A stretch of 35,856 bases of DNA. Source: Acidobacteriota bacterium (lineage in GTDB: Bacteria > Acidobacteriota > Vicinamibacteria > Vicinamibacterales > UBA2999). Positions 7,321-15,607 of the stretch are shown in pieces. A program made the translations under genes and the position numbers. How positions within the stretch are numbered: the stretch's first letter is position 1; each line of letters starts with the position of its first letter. The DNA lies in assembly GCA_020200025.1 (NCBI GenBank), contig JAIVJN010000050.1, forward strand, positions 1-35,856. The letters run 5' to 3'. A model generated the notes under the pieces. That model was not told where the DNA came from and made no database searches. It saw only the letters and a program-made list of their open reading frames with translations.

Positions 7321-8630
7321 AGGCTGATGCGGGTGAGATCGTTGTAGATGACCGTGACCATCAGCATCATCAGGAGGACGAAGCCGGCCAGCAGCATCTT
7401 CTCCTTGAGGTGCACGCTGAAGTCGCGGCGTGCCACGGCCTCGAGCCCCATGATGGCGATGTGGCCGCCGTCCAGGATCGGAATGGGCAGCAGGTTCAGC
7501 AGGCCGAGATTCAGGCTGATGGTCGCCATGAGCGAGAAGAGCGCCACCCACCCGAGCTGGGCTGACTCGCCGGAAATCTGCGCGATTCCCACCGGGCCCA
7601 TGAGTTGACGCGGCGAGGCGGCACCGACGAGCAGGTCGCGCAGAGTGATGAGGATCATCGTCGCGGTCTCGATGTTGCGCGTGACGCTCAAGGAAAACGC
7701 TTCGAGCGGGCCCGGCTGGAACGAGATCGTGGGGTTGGCGATGCTGATGCCGACCATCGCACTCTCGCCCCGCTGTTCCGGTGTGACGTCGAGGGTCTGC
7801 TCGGTTCCCTCGCGCCGGATGACGAAACGTACCGGTTGTCCCGCGCGCGACGAGATCGCCTCGGAGACCTGCGAGCTGAACACCATCCGCTTGCCGTCGA
7901 TCGAGATGATGACGTCGCCGGCCTGCAGCCCGGCTCGTTCGGCGGGCTCGCCCGGGGTTACCGTTCGCACACTGGGATAGACGTCGGGCTGGACACCAAT
8001 CGTTCCCACTTCGAACCGCGTATCGGAGCGCGTCGTGAGAGTCGTGGTGGCCGGCCGCACCTTGAGGCGTTCCTCTCGTCCCGCGCGCATGATGGTGACA
8101 TCGATCTCACGATCGGGTCGCGACGAGATCGCCATGTCGAGCTGTTCCCACGTATCGATGTCGAGACTGCCAACCCGCACCACGACGTCGCCCGGTCGAA
8201 TGCCGGCCTGCTCGGCGGGGGACCCCGGCTGCACGACACCGATGGCCGCCGGCTGGTCGAGAAACGCGAGCGTCTCAGCACCCTGCATCAACACGATGGC
8301 GAGCAGGATGACGGCAAGCGCAAGGTTCATGATCGGTCCCATGACCAGAATCTGGAACCGCTGCCACTTCGTCTTCGAGAGAAACTCGTCGGGACTGCCC
8401 GTGCGCTGGTCTTCGACGGTCTCGCCGGCCATCTTGACGTAGCCGCCGAGGGGAATCGCGCTGATGCAGTATTCGGTGTCGCCGCGGCGCACCTTGAGCA
8501 GCTTGGGCCCGAAGCCGAGCGAGAACGTCAGCACCTTGACGCCGTGCCAGCGAGCCATCAGGAAATGTCCCAGCTCGTGGACGAACACGAGCACGCCGAG
8601 GACGAAGGCGAACGCGAACAAGGTCGTCAA
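7317..8630 (-). CDS. rseP: RIP zinc metalloprotease RseP (site-2 protease) with PDZ domains
   Basis: It has the HELGHF motif near the N-terminus, two PDZ-like segments and C-terminal NLLPIPILDGGH. It sits in the conserved position after dxr. TTG start. Confidence 0.93.
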   Translation of the reverse strand: MTTLFAFAFVLGVLVFVHELGHFLMARWHGVKVLTFSLGFGPKLLKVRRGDTEYCISAIPLGGYVKMAGETVEDQRTGSPDEFLSKTKWQRFQILVMGPIMNLALAVILLAIVLMQGAETLAFLDQPAAIGVVQPGSPAEQAGIRPGDVVVRVGSLDIDTWEQLDMAISSRPDREIDVTIMRAGREERLKVRPATTTLTTRSDTRFEVGTIGVQPDVYPSVRTVTPGEPAERAGLQAGDVIISIDGKRMVFSSQVSEAISSRAGQPVRFVIRREGTEQTLDVTPEQRGESAMVGISIANPTISFQPGPLEAFSLSVTRNIETATMILITLRDLLVGAASPRQLMGPVGIAQISGESAQLGWVALFSLMATISLNLGLLNLLPIPILDGGHIAIMGLEAVARRDFSVHLKEKMLLAGFVLLMMLMVTVIYNDLTRISL

Positions 8631-8703
8631 GGTTCACTACCTCTCGTCAGTCAATTCTAGCCCGAGGTGGCTGCTCGACCCGGGCGGCCTCGGGCGGGCC
8701 GGA

Positions 8704-9816
8704 TCAGCCTCGAAGGCCTTCGCCGGCGCGAAGCGGCGCCGGAGGGCGCGCGTGCCACGCTCTTGCCAATTCGGCCGCGTGCGCCCGGGCCCAGCGGTCC
8801 ACCGAACGGACCGCATCGAGTGTATCCGCCATCGCCGGCACGTGCGCATCCATGGTCGCCGCAATCAGCTCAGAGATCGCGGTGAAATCGAGTCGTCGCT
8901 CGAGAAACGCCGCCACGGCGATCTCGTTGGCCGCGTTCAGCACGATCGGCAGACTGCGCTCGGCTTCGAGCGCGCGATACGCGAGCCGCAGGCAGGGGAA
9001 ATCGTCCCACGGCGGCTCATGAAACTCGAGACGAGCACAGGTCGTGAGGTCGAGGTATGGCATGGGCGCGTCCCACCGCTCCGGGTAGGAGAATGCGTAT
9101 TGAATCGGCAACCGCATGTCGGTAATCCCCATTTGAGCGATCACCGAGCCATCACAGAGCTCGATCATCGAGTGCACGATCGATTGCGGGTGAATGAGCA
9201 CGCTCATTTGTGAGCCGGGGACGCCGAACAGCCAGTGCGCCTCGATCACCTCGAGCCCCTTGTTCATGAGCGTCGCGGAATCGACGGTGATCTTCGGGCC
9301 CATTTGCCAGGTCGGGTGCTTGAGCGCCTCTGCGGCGGTCACCTGGCGCAAGCTCGCACGATCGCGTCCGCGGAACGGGCCCCCCGACGCCGTGAGGATC
9401 AGCCGTCGCACGTCACCAGGCGACCGTCCGTGCAAGCACTGATGAATGGCGTTGTGCTCGCTGTCGACCGGCAGAATCGGCACACCCTTCCGCCGGGCCG
9501 CCTCCATGACGAGCCCACCAGCCATGACGAGCACCTCCTTGTTCGCGAGCGCGATCGTCTTACCGGCGTCAATGGCGGCGAGGACTGCGTCGAGGGCGGC
9601 TGTCCCGGACGAGGCGCACAACACGAGGTCGACGTCCGGATGTGTCGCCACCGCGACCAGTCCCTCGGCGCAGCGCGCCACCTGTTCTGCGAACAACGCA
9701 GCGTTGCTGCCGGCGGCGAGCGCGACGACGCGCAGCTTGGTGGCGTGCGTCTCGACGACGGCCAGCGCGCTGGCGCCGATCGATCCCGTCGATCCCAGGA
9801 TGGCGAGGTGTTTCAC
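8704..9816 (-). CDS. dxr: 1-deoxy-D-xylulose-5-phosphate reductoisomerase, apparently about 30 residues short in the N-terminal NADPH-binding domain
   Basis: The motifs ILGSTGSIG, ALANKE, PVDSEHNAI, HPTWQMGPKITVDSATLMNKGLEVIEA and VLIHPQSIVHSM are all present. By my count ANKE is at residue ~91, versus ~120+ in the reference enzymes I recall. Confidence 0.93.
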   Translation of the reverse strand: MKHLAILGSTGSIGASALAVVETHATKLRVVALAAGSNAALFAEQVARCAEGLVAVATHPDVDLVLCASSGTAALDAVLAAIDAGKTIALANKEVLVMAGGLVMEAARRKGVPILPVDSEHNAIHQCLHGRSPGDVRRLILTASGGPFRGRDRASLRQVTAAEALKHPTWQMGPKITVDSATLMNKGLEVIEAHWLFGVPGSQMSVLIHPQSIVHSMIELCDGSVIAQMGITDMRLPIQYAFSYPERWDAPMPYLDLTTCARLEFHEPPWDDFPCLRLAYRALEAERSLPIVLNAANEIAVAAFLERRLDFTAISELIAATMDAHVPAMADTLDAVRSVDRWARAHAAELARAWHARPPAPLRAGEGLRG

Positions 9817-9828
9817 AGTGACTCACTC

Positions 9829-9926
9829 AGGCTTGACGGCCTGGGGACCTGGAGGCCCTGGGTCCGGAAGCCCCATTTTGCCTTTCGAAGTCCAACCCGC
9901 GAGCCTCCAAGCCGCCGAGCCTGACC
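9829..9926. repeat. GGCT/GGCC word dyad in the cdsA-dxr spacer
   Basis: The left arm is CAGGCTTGACGGCCTGGGGACCTGGAGGCCCTGGGTCCGGAAGCCCC. The right arm GAGCCTCCAAGCCGCCGAGCCTGA carries the complementary words. Confidence 0.5.
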
Positions 9927-9941
9927 GTGCGCGAGGCGTCA

Positions 9942-10526
9942 TCACAACGATCGCAGATAGTAGTAGAACACCGGCGTGGCAAAGAGCAGGGCGTCGATCC
10001 GATCGAGCACGCCCCCGTGGCCCGGAATGAACGTCGCGCTATCTTTCACGTTCGCGGCTCGCTTGAGCATCGACTCGAAGAGATCGCCAAAGATGCCCGT
10101 CGCGACGATCAAGACGCCGATACCCGCAAGGGACGCGGGGGCCGCGATCGGCAGCAGAAACCGGCCGCCGACGACCAGTGCCAGCGGGCCGAGGACGAAG
10201 CCGCCGATAGCCCCCTCGCGCGTCTTCTTGGGGCTGAGCCTCGGCGCCAGCGGATGTTTCCCGAACAGGCGACCGGCGTAGTACTGGCCCGAGTCACTCG
10301 CGATGATCGTCAGGACGAGCAAGATGACGGCCTCACGCCCAGCGACGCCGTGGAGGGCCACGAGAGCCCCGAGCGGCAGGCCGATATAGACCGGCGCGAG
10401 GATCGCCGCGGAAGCGTCGTGCAGCGTTGCGGCTCCCGATCGATTCGAGGCCATGATGTCGATTGCGGCGGCGACAAGCGCAAAGCCGAGCACCGACTCG
10501 ACCGGCACCCAGGGGAACGGCACCAT
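9942..10526 (-). CDS. cdsA: Phosphatidate cytidylyltransferase (CdsA), 5'-truncated with about 80 N-terminal residues absent
   Basis: The C-terminal signature is SDSGQYYAGRLFGKH..SPKKTREG..GDLFESMLKRAANVKDS..IPGHGGVLDRID. It is only 194 aa, and the ORF begins exactly where the uppS homology stops. Confidence 0.85.
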   Translation of the reverse strand: MVPFPWVPVESVLGFALVAAAIDIMASNRSGAATLHDASAAILAPVYIGLPLGALVALHGVAGREAVILLVLTIIASDSGQYYAGRLFGKHPLAPRLSPKKTREGAIGGFVLGPLALVVGGRFLLPIAAPASLAGIGVLIVATGIFGDLFESMLKRAANVKDSATFIPGHGGVLDRIDALLFATPVFYYYLRSL

Positions 10527-10528
10527 GG

Positions 10529-11053
10529 CCTGATGCCGCTCTCGATCGCCCGTCGGGCGGCGTCCACGATCTCGGCGCGACCGCCGTAATTGAGAGCAAT
10601 GTTGAACAGCATGCCGCGGCTCGACGCCGTCTTCTGCGCCGCTTCGTCGAGCTCGGCTCGAATGTCCGGCGCCAGCTCGTTGACCCGTCCGATGACGTTG
10701 AAGCGAATATCGTTGGCAAGCAGCGTCGTCAGCTCGGAGCGCAGATAGCGTTTGAGGAGCAGCATCAACGTGCTGACCTCGGTCTCGGGACGCTTCCAGT
10801 TCTCGAGCGAGAACGCGTAGAGCGTCAGTACACCGATGCCGAGCCTGGCCGACGTCTCGACCGCGGCCCGCACCGCCTCGATGCCGGCGCGATGCCCTTC
10901 CACACGCGGCAGGTGGCGCTTGGCGGCCCAGCGCCCATTGCCGTCCATGATGATGGCGATATGACGCGGCAGGCGGTCGAATTGCACCTGCCGGGCAAGG
11001 GCCTCGTCGGGACTTCCCGGCGGCAGCCAGTCAACGAGCTGGTCGAGTCCCAT
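10529..11053 (-). pseudogene. uppS: Undecaprenyl-diphosphate synthase (UppS), 3'-truncated after ~175 aa. The computed ORF then reads out of frame through cdsA to 10310.
   Basis: The sequence is HIAIIMDGNGRWA..GH..G..LTLYAFS.ENW.RP..EV..LM ... NYGGRAEIVDAARRAIESGIRP. The expected C-terminal part (the RTSGE..SNFLLWQ region) is missing. The true start is ATG 11053; ORF upstream of that overlaps truA and is spurious. Confidence 0.85.
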
Positions 11054-11171
11054 GCACCATGTCGGAGGAAACACCGATGGTACTGGGATTGACCGGACAC
11101 TGCAACTGCGGTCGGGCCGAGCCGCGAAGCGGCGAGGTCCACCGCGAGCGGAGCGAGCCGAGCGAGGCCCC

Positions 11172-11960
11172 TCAGTAGTCCACGCTCCACAGCGTGAGGC
11201 CATGCGCGGGCGCTCGTTTTCCCGCTTGGCCGCGATCCTTCGAGGCCAGGATGCGCGCCACGTCGGCCACTTGCCGACGTCCACGCCCGACGTCGACCAC
11301 CGTCCCCACGATGGCACGTACCATGTGGCGCAGAAAGCCCGTGCCGGTGACGTCGTAGCGAAGCAGTCGCGACCCATCATCTGAGAGGTGCGCCAACATG
11401 CTCAGCGGATCGGCTGCCGCGCTCACCTCCGCCCATGACGACGACAGCAGCTCTCGTATCGTCGTCGAAACCGACCCGCCGGCGGATTGAAACGCCGCGA
11501 AGTCGTGACGGCCCACCAAATGCGCCGCGGCGGTGCGCATGGCGTCGACGTCGAGAGGGGCGGAGACGTGCCACGCCAGGCCGCGTGCGAGCGGTGGCAA
11601 CGATCGCCCGTGCCAAATGGCATAGCGATAGGTCTTCCGTCGCGCGTCGCGCCGGGCGTCGAACTGCAGAGGCGCATCGACCACGGCCAACACGCGAACA
11701 TCCGGCGGCAGCGTCGCGTTGAGGGCGCGCTGGACCTCGTCGAGTGGCCGCGACGAGGGCCACACGACGCTCGCCACCTGTCCGGCGGCATGCACGCCCG
11801 CGTCGGTGCGGCCCGCGCCGATGACCGTCACCGGCCTGCCGGCGAGGGGCACGCAGGCGTCTTCGACAACTGCCTGCACCGTCCGCACCTCGGGCTGGCG
11901 CTGCCATCCTGCGAAGCCGCCGCCATCGTACGCGATTGTGAGCCGCAGGACGCGTAACAC
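11172..11960 (-). CDS. truA: tRNA pseudouridine(38-40) synthase TruA
   Basis: The sequence is LTIAYDGGGFAGWQRQ ... GAGRTDAGVHAAGQV ... HDF..F ... FLRHMVR. Full length, 262 aa, GTG start. Confidence 0.93.
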   Translation of the reverse strand: MLRVLRLTIAYDGGGFAGWQRQPEVRTVQAVVEDACVPLAGRPVTVIGAGRTDAGVHAAGQVASVVWPSSRPLDEVQRALNATLPPDVRVLAVVDAPLQFDARRDARRKTYRYAIWHGRSLPPLARGLAWHVSAPLDVDAMRTAAAHLVGRHDFAAFQSAGGSVSTTIRELLSSSWAEVSAAADPLSMLAHLSDDGSRLLRYDVTGTGFLRHMVRAIVGTVVDVGRGRRQVADVARILASKDRGQAGKRAPAHGLTLWSVDY

Positions 11961-11963
11961 AGT

Positions 11964-12078
11964 GAGGGAATTAGGGAGTGAGGGAATCAGGGAATGCGGG
12001 CATACTGCGTTCCCGCATCGGCCACCTGCCCATTCCTGTCACTCCGGTATTCGGCCACTCGCTCACTCCTGTCATTCC
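11964..12078. repeat. 8-nt-periodic GGGAA/GGGAG word array and its inverted complement around a 7-bp hairpin
   Basis: Five 8-nt units occupy 11964-12003 (GAGGGAAT TAGGGAGT GAGGGAAT CAGGGAAT GCGGGCAT). Six complementary units occupy 12031-12078 (CATTCCTG TCACTCCG GTATTCGG CCACTCGC TCACTCCT GTCATTCC). The central stem is ATGCGGG/CCCGCAT. Confidence 0.8.
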
Positions 12079-12653
12079 ATCATTGTGCGCCTGGATCCGG
12101 GCTTCTCGAGTGGCCGACCCTGCGCGCACAGGGGACACGCTTCCGGCAAATACGTTGGGAGCTCGATGGACAGAAGCGCCCGGAATGGCACGTCGAGCCC
12201 GTGGGCGCCGCCGCTACGATCGACGATCGCGCACGCGCCCACCACGGTCGCCCCCGCGGCACGCGCCACCTGCATCGTTTCCCGCGTCGAGCCGCCAGTC
12301 GTGACGACGTCCTCGACGATGAGCACGCGGTCGTCTGGCTCGAGGGCGAAGCCGCGGCGGAGCGTCAGGCTGCCGTCCTGTCGCTCCGCAAACAAGGCTC
12401 GCACGCCCGCCGCCCGCGCCACTTCCTGACCGATGACGATACCGCCGAGCGCGGGAGAGAGAATGACGGTGGGCTCGAGAGTGCGGACCGCCGCGCCGAG
12501 GCAGGCGCCGATCGCTTCGGCGTCGCGCGGATGCTGCAGCACGAGCGCGCACTGGAGATAGCCGGGGCTATGCCGGCCGGATGAGAGCTGGAAATGGCCG
12601 TCGAGGAGTGCACCCGAGCGGCGAAAGCGCGACAACAGCTCGTCTTCGCTCAT
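12072..12653 (-). CDS. pyrE: Orotate phosphoribosyltransferase
   Basis: It has the PRPP-binding motif VLIVEDVVTTGGS and the N-terminal GHFQLSSGRHS. Length 193 aa. The last codons and stop lie inside the 12031-12078 repeat arm. Confidence 0.93.
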   Translation of the reverse strand: MSEDELLSRFRRSGALLDGHFQLSSGRHSPGYLQCALVLQHPRDAEAIGACLGAAVRTLEPTVILSPALGGIVIGQEVARAAGVRALFAERQDGSLTLRRGFALEPDDRVLIVEDVVTTGGSTRETMQVARAAGATVVGACAIVDRSGGAHGLDVPFRALLSIELPTYLPEACPLCAQGRPLEKPGSRRTMME

Positions 12654-12871
12654 CGAGCGGTAGTATAGCGAGCGAGCTGGAACGCGTGTCGTGGCCGCGA
12701 TGGACCGCTTCGCGCCGAGGGCCGGGGAGCGCGCGTGACCCAGCGTGCCCGCGAACTTTGCCGTCGTAGCGGGCGTCTACTCGTCTCAGGGGCACGGCGC
12801 GCCCAGCCGGCATTTTTCTTGCTGATTCCTCGCTGCCGTCCATCCGTTCTTCGTAGTGGAGTACCAGGCAC

Positions 12872-14542
12872 ATGTGTGACTACAAGCGCCTTGCGATCGG
12901 CCTGGCCATGGCCGGCCTGTCCGTTTTCGGAGCAGACCCTGTTCGCGCGCAGACAGCCGTCGACACCTCGGCGGCGGCGGTGCAGCCATCAGGTCCGGTT
13001 CGGCGGTTGAGCATCGACGAAGCCGTCGCGCTCGCGCTCGAGCAGAACCTCGACCTGCAGGTCGAACGTTTCAACCCGCAGATTCAGGACTTTGCCATCT
13101 CGGCCGCGCGAAGCGGGTGGACACCGAACTTCCAGTCGCAGTTGCTGACGCGCGATTCCAGCAGCCCGAACGACACGTTTCTGTCGGGGTCGATCGCGAC
13201 CTTGAGCCAGCAGAGTACGACGTCGTCGATGGGTGTCGGGCAGCTGCTGCCATGGGGCGGCGGCTCCTACAACCTCGGGTGGGACAGCGGACGCATCGAG
13301 ACCAACAATGCCGCACAGAATCGCAATCCGCAGCTCAACTCGACGTTCTTCCTCAACTTCACGCAGCCGCTCCTTCGCAACTTCCGGATGGATCCGACGC
13401 GGCAGCAGATCCAACTGAGCGAGAAGAATCGGGAGATTGTCGACGTGCAGCTGCAGCAGTCGATCTCGGTGACGACGAGAAACGTGCGCAATGCCTATTA
13501 CGATCTGATGTTCACGATCGGCAATCTGCGCGTGCAACAGCAGTCGCTCGAGCTCGCGCAACGATCGCTGCGCGAGAACCGGGCGCGCGTCGAGATCGGC
13601 ACCATGGCGCCCATCGACATCGTCGAGGCCGAAGCCGAGGTCGCCCAGCGTGAAGAGAACGTCATCGTCGCCGAGGCGTCGATCGCGCGAGCCGAGGATC
13701 GGCTGCGCGCGCTCGTCTTCGATCCGGCGAACCCCGATTTCTGGACGGTGAAGCTCGAGCCCACTGAAACCGTCACCTTCCAGCCGATCGCGGTTGACTC
13801 GGAAGCCGCGGTCAGAAATGCGCTGGCGAAGCGCACCGACCTCACGGCGATTCGAAAACAGGTAGAGCTGAGCGATGTCAACGTTCGCTTCTTCAAGAAT
13901 CAACGCCTGCCCGACGTCAACGCCGTCGTCAACTATTCGGGTCTCGGTCGTGGCGGCACCATCCTGGAGGACCCCGATGGCCCACTGCAGCCTTTGCCGT
14001 CGCAAATCGTCGCCCGGCAGTCGTTCGGCACGGTGCTGGGCGATGCGTTCGGCAACGCGTTCCCGACCTGGTCACTGGCGTTGCAGGTGAACTATCCGCT
14101 CGGCCGGTCGAACGCCGAGGCCAACTACGCCAGATCCCGCCTGCAGGTGTCTCAAGTGCAGAAGGACGTGGCAAGCACAGAGCTTCAGGTCGCCACCCAG
14201 GTCCGCGACCTCGCACGCTCGGTACAAACCAACGGCAAGCGAGTCGAGGCGACGCGGGCCTCACGCGCACTGTCCGAGAAGCGGCTCGAGGCGGAAGAGA
14301 AAAAGTATCAGGCCGGCATGACCACGCCGTTCCTCGTGTTCCAGGCGCAGCGCGATCTCAATCAAGCCCGCAACAACGAGCTGCAGGCCCTGCTCGATTA
14401 CGCGCGCTCGGTCGTCGATTTTGAAACCTCACAAGAGGCGCCGCTCCAAACCGGAGGGGTTGCCGGGAGCACCAGCACGCTCTCGAACACATCCAGCGGG
14501 ACGACGGGGACCGGGACCACGGGCCGGCAACAGCGGCAGTAG
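12872..14542 (+). CDS. TolC-family outer-membrane efflux protein
   Basis: It has a signal peptide ending VRAQ. It shows the two-fold repeated coiled-coil/beta layout typical of OEP/TolC proteins (LSIDEAVALALEQNLDLQ ... YQAGMTTPFLVFQAQRDL). The C-terminal tail is low-complexity. Confidence 0.85.
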   Translation: MCDYKRLAIGLAMAGLSVFGADPVRAQTAVDTSAAAVQPSGPVRRLSIDEAVALALEQNLDLQVERFNPQIQDFAISAARSGWTPNFQSQLLTRDSSSPNDTFLSGSIATLSQQSTTSSMGVGQLLPWGGGSYNLGWDSGRIETNNAAQNRNPQLNSTFFLNFTQPLLRNFRMDPTRQQIQLSEKNREIVDVQLQQSISVTTRNVRNAYYDLMFTIGNLRVQQQSLELAQRSLRENRARVEIGTMAPIDIVEAEAEVAQREENVIVAEASIARAEDRLRALVFDPANPDFWTVKLEPTETVTFQPIAVDSEAAVRNALAKRTDLTAIRKQVELSDVNVRFFKNQRLPDVNAVVNYSGLGRGGTILEDPDGPLQPLPSQIVARQSFGTVLGDAFGNAFPTWSLALQVNYPLGRSNAEANYARSRLQVSQVQKDVASTELQVATQVRDLARSVQTNGKRVEATRASRALSEKRLEAEEKKYQAGMTTPFLVFQAQRDLNQARNNELQALLDYARSVVDFETSQEAPLQTGGVAGSTSTLSNTSSGTTGTGTTGRQQRQ

Positions 14543-14560
14543 GCCTCGGCCCTCGTCGGA

Positions 14561-14573
14561 CCGCCTTCGGCGG
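14561..14573 (+). terminator. CCGCC-TTC-GGCGG hairpin just downstream of the TolC-like stop
   Basis: A perfect 5-bp GC stem with a TTC loop lies 19 nt after TAG 14540-14542. No U-tract. Confidence 0.45.
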
Positions 14574-14574
14574 T

Positions 14575-14790
14575 GGGACGGCTCACCTTCATTGGCCGTG
14601 GGACCGCGTCGCGCGGTGGGAATCGAACAATCCCTGCCGCCGAGCGAAGCGAGGTGGTCGCACCGCGAGGCGAAGCCAAGCGGTCCTACCGGCGCAGCCG
14701 GTCCCACCGAAGCCACGCAGCGGCGAGCCCCCCGGCACGAAGCGCCGCCCGCGAGTGGCAAAGCCGGGCGCCCGGCGCGAAGTGCCGCCT
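14575..14790. repeat. Structured spacer with GTGGGAC/GTCCCAC word dyads and a series of C-GAA-G mini-hairpin motifs
   Basis: GTGGGAC-type words at 14573-14620 face GTCCTAC/GTCCCAC at 14683-14708. GCGAAGC occurs at 14644-14650 and 14670-14676. CGAAG also occurs at 14708, 14738 and 14778. CCGGGCGCCCGG at 14764-14775 is a perfect palindrome. Confidence 0.5.
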
Positions 14791-14809
14791 GTCTGCTATA
14801 TTCCCCGCG

Positions 14810-15607
14810 GTGCCGAAGTTAACAGTCACGGTGATTACGCGGAACGAAGCGGCGCACATCGCCGCCGCCCTCGAATCCGTCGCGTTCGCCGACGAGATTC
14901 TGGTCGTCGACAGCGAGAGCACCGACGACACGGTCGCCATCGCCCAACGGTTCACCGACCGCGTGCTCGTGCGGCCGTGGCCGGGCTACGTGGTGCAGAA
15001 GAACTTCGCCGCCGAGCAGGCCAGTCATGACTGGATCCTGTCGCTCGACGCGGACGAGCGCGTCTCGACACCTCTCTCTGACGAGATCCGTGACCTGCTC
15101 AGGGGCGCTCCGGACGTCTCAGGTTATCGACTCCCGCGCGTCACATTTCATCTGGGACGTTGGCTGCGCTCCACCGACTGGTATCCCGACTATCAGCTTC
15201 GTCTCTACGATCGGCGACGCGCGCGATGGGTCGGCGGGCACGTGCACGAATCGGTGACCGCCGATGCGCCCGTGCGCAAGCTGCGCGGTGAGCTGCTGCA
15301 TTACGCGTATCGCGACATCGCACACCACCTGCAGACCATCGACCGGTATACGACGTTGGCGGCCCACGAGATGCACGAATCCGGTCGGCGCGCCGGATGG
15401 CTCGACGTCGTCGTGCGCCCTCGTCTGGCGTTCTTTCGTAACTACGTCCTGCGCGGCGGCTTCCGTGATGGCATGGCCGGCCTCATCGTCTCCACGATGA
15501 ATGCGCAGTATGTTGGTCTCAAGTTCGCGAAGTTGTGGGAGCTGTGTTCGCACTCCACATCGACACCGCGCGCACCTGGCGTGGGGGACAGAATCAGGTC
15601 CTCCTGA
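14810..15607 (+). CDS. Family-2 glycosyltransferase (LPS-core type, WaaE/KdtX-like)
   Basis: The sequence is LTVTVITRNEAAHIAAALESV.FADEILVVDSESTDDT ... LSLDADERVS. GTG 14810 is chosen as the start because the upstream part of the ORF is the repeat spacer. The 3' end overlaps the next gene by ~70 nt. Confidence 0.8.
   Translation: MPKLTVTVITRNEAAHIAAALESVAFADEILVVDSESTDDTVAIAQRFTDRVLVRPWPGYVVQKNFAAEQASHDWILSLDADERVSTPLSDEIRDLLRGAPDVSGYRLPRVTFHLGRWLRSTDWYPDYQLRLYDRRRARWVGGHVHESVTADAPVRKLRGELLHYAYRDIAHHLQTIDRYTTLAAHEMHESGRRAGWLDVVVRPRLAFFRNYVLRGGFRDGMAGLIVSTMNAQYVGLKFAKLWELCSHSTSTPRAPGVGDRIRSS

Noticed and set aside
7605-8660. Long antisense ORFs opposite real genes, for example 7605..8660 (+), 12989..14005 (-), 17623..18678 (+), 21871..22983 (-), 22326..23528 (+), 32299..33525 (+) and 32405..33325 (-)
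   Set aside because: These are typical shadow ORFs of GC-rich DNA. Their translations are Arg/Ala/Gly/Pro-rich and lack recognisable motifs. In each case the opposite strand encodes a clearly conserved protein.
10310-10528. 3' part of the 356-aa ORF 10310..11380 as genuine UppS sequence; the 5' part at 11054..11380 raises the same question
   Set aside because: After ...ESGIRP the translation has no UppS similarity and overlaps the well-conserved cdsA frame. The part upstream of ATG 11053 overlaps truA. Only 10529..11053 is UppS.
14573-14809. N-terminal 79-codon extension of the GT2 ORF
   Set aside because: The extension is translated from the word/hairpin spacer and has a low-complexity Arg/Ser/Ala composition. 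GT2 homology begins at VPKLTVTVITRN, so GTG 14810 was taken as the start.
15535-15607. The 73-nt GT2/GT4 overlap as an eighth frame break
   Set aside because: GT2 homology seems complete at ...KFAKLWEL and GT4 begins normally (LHIDTARTWRGGQ). The overlap could be natural or reflect a 1-nt error. I cannot distinguish these from sequence alone.
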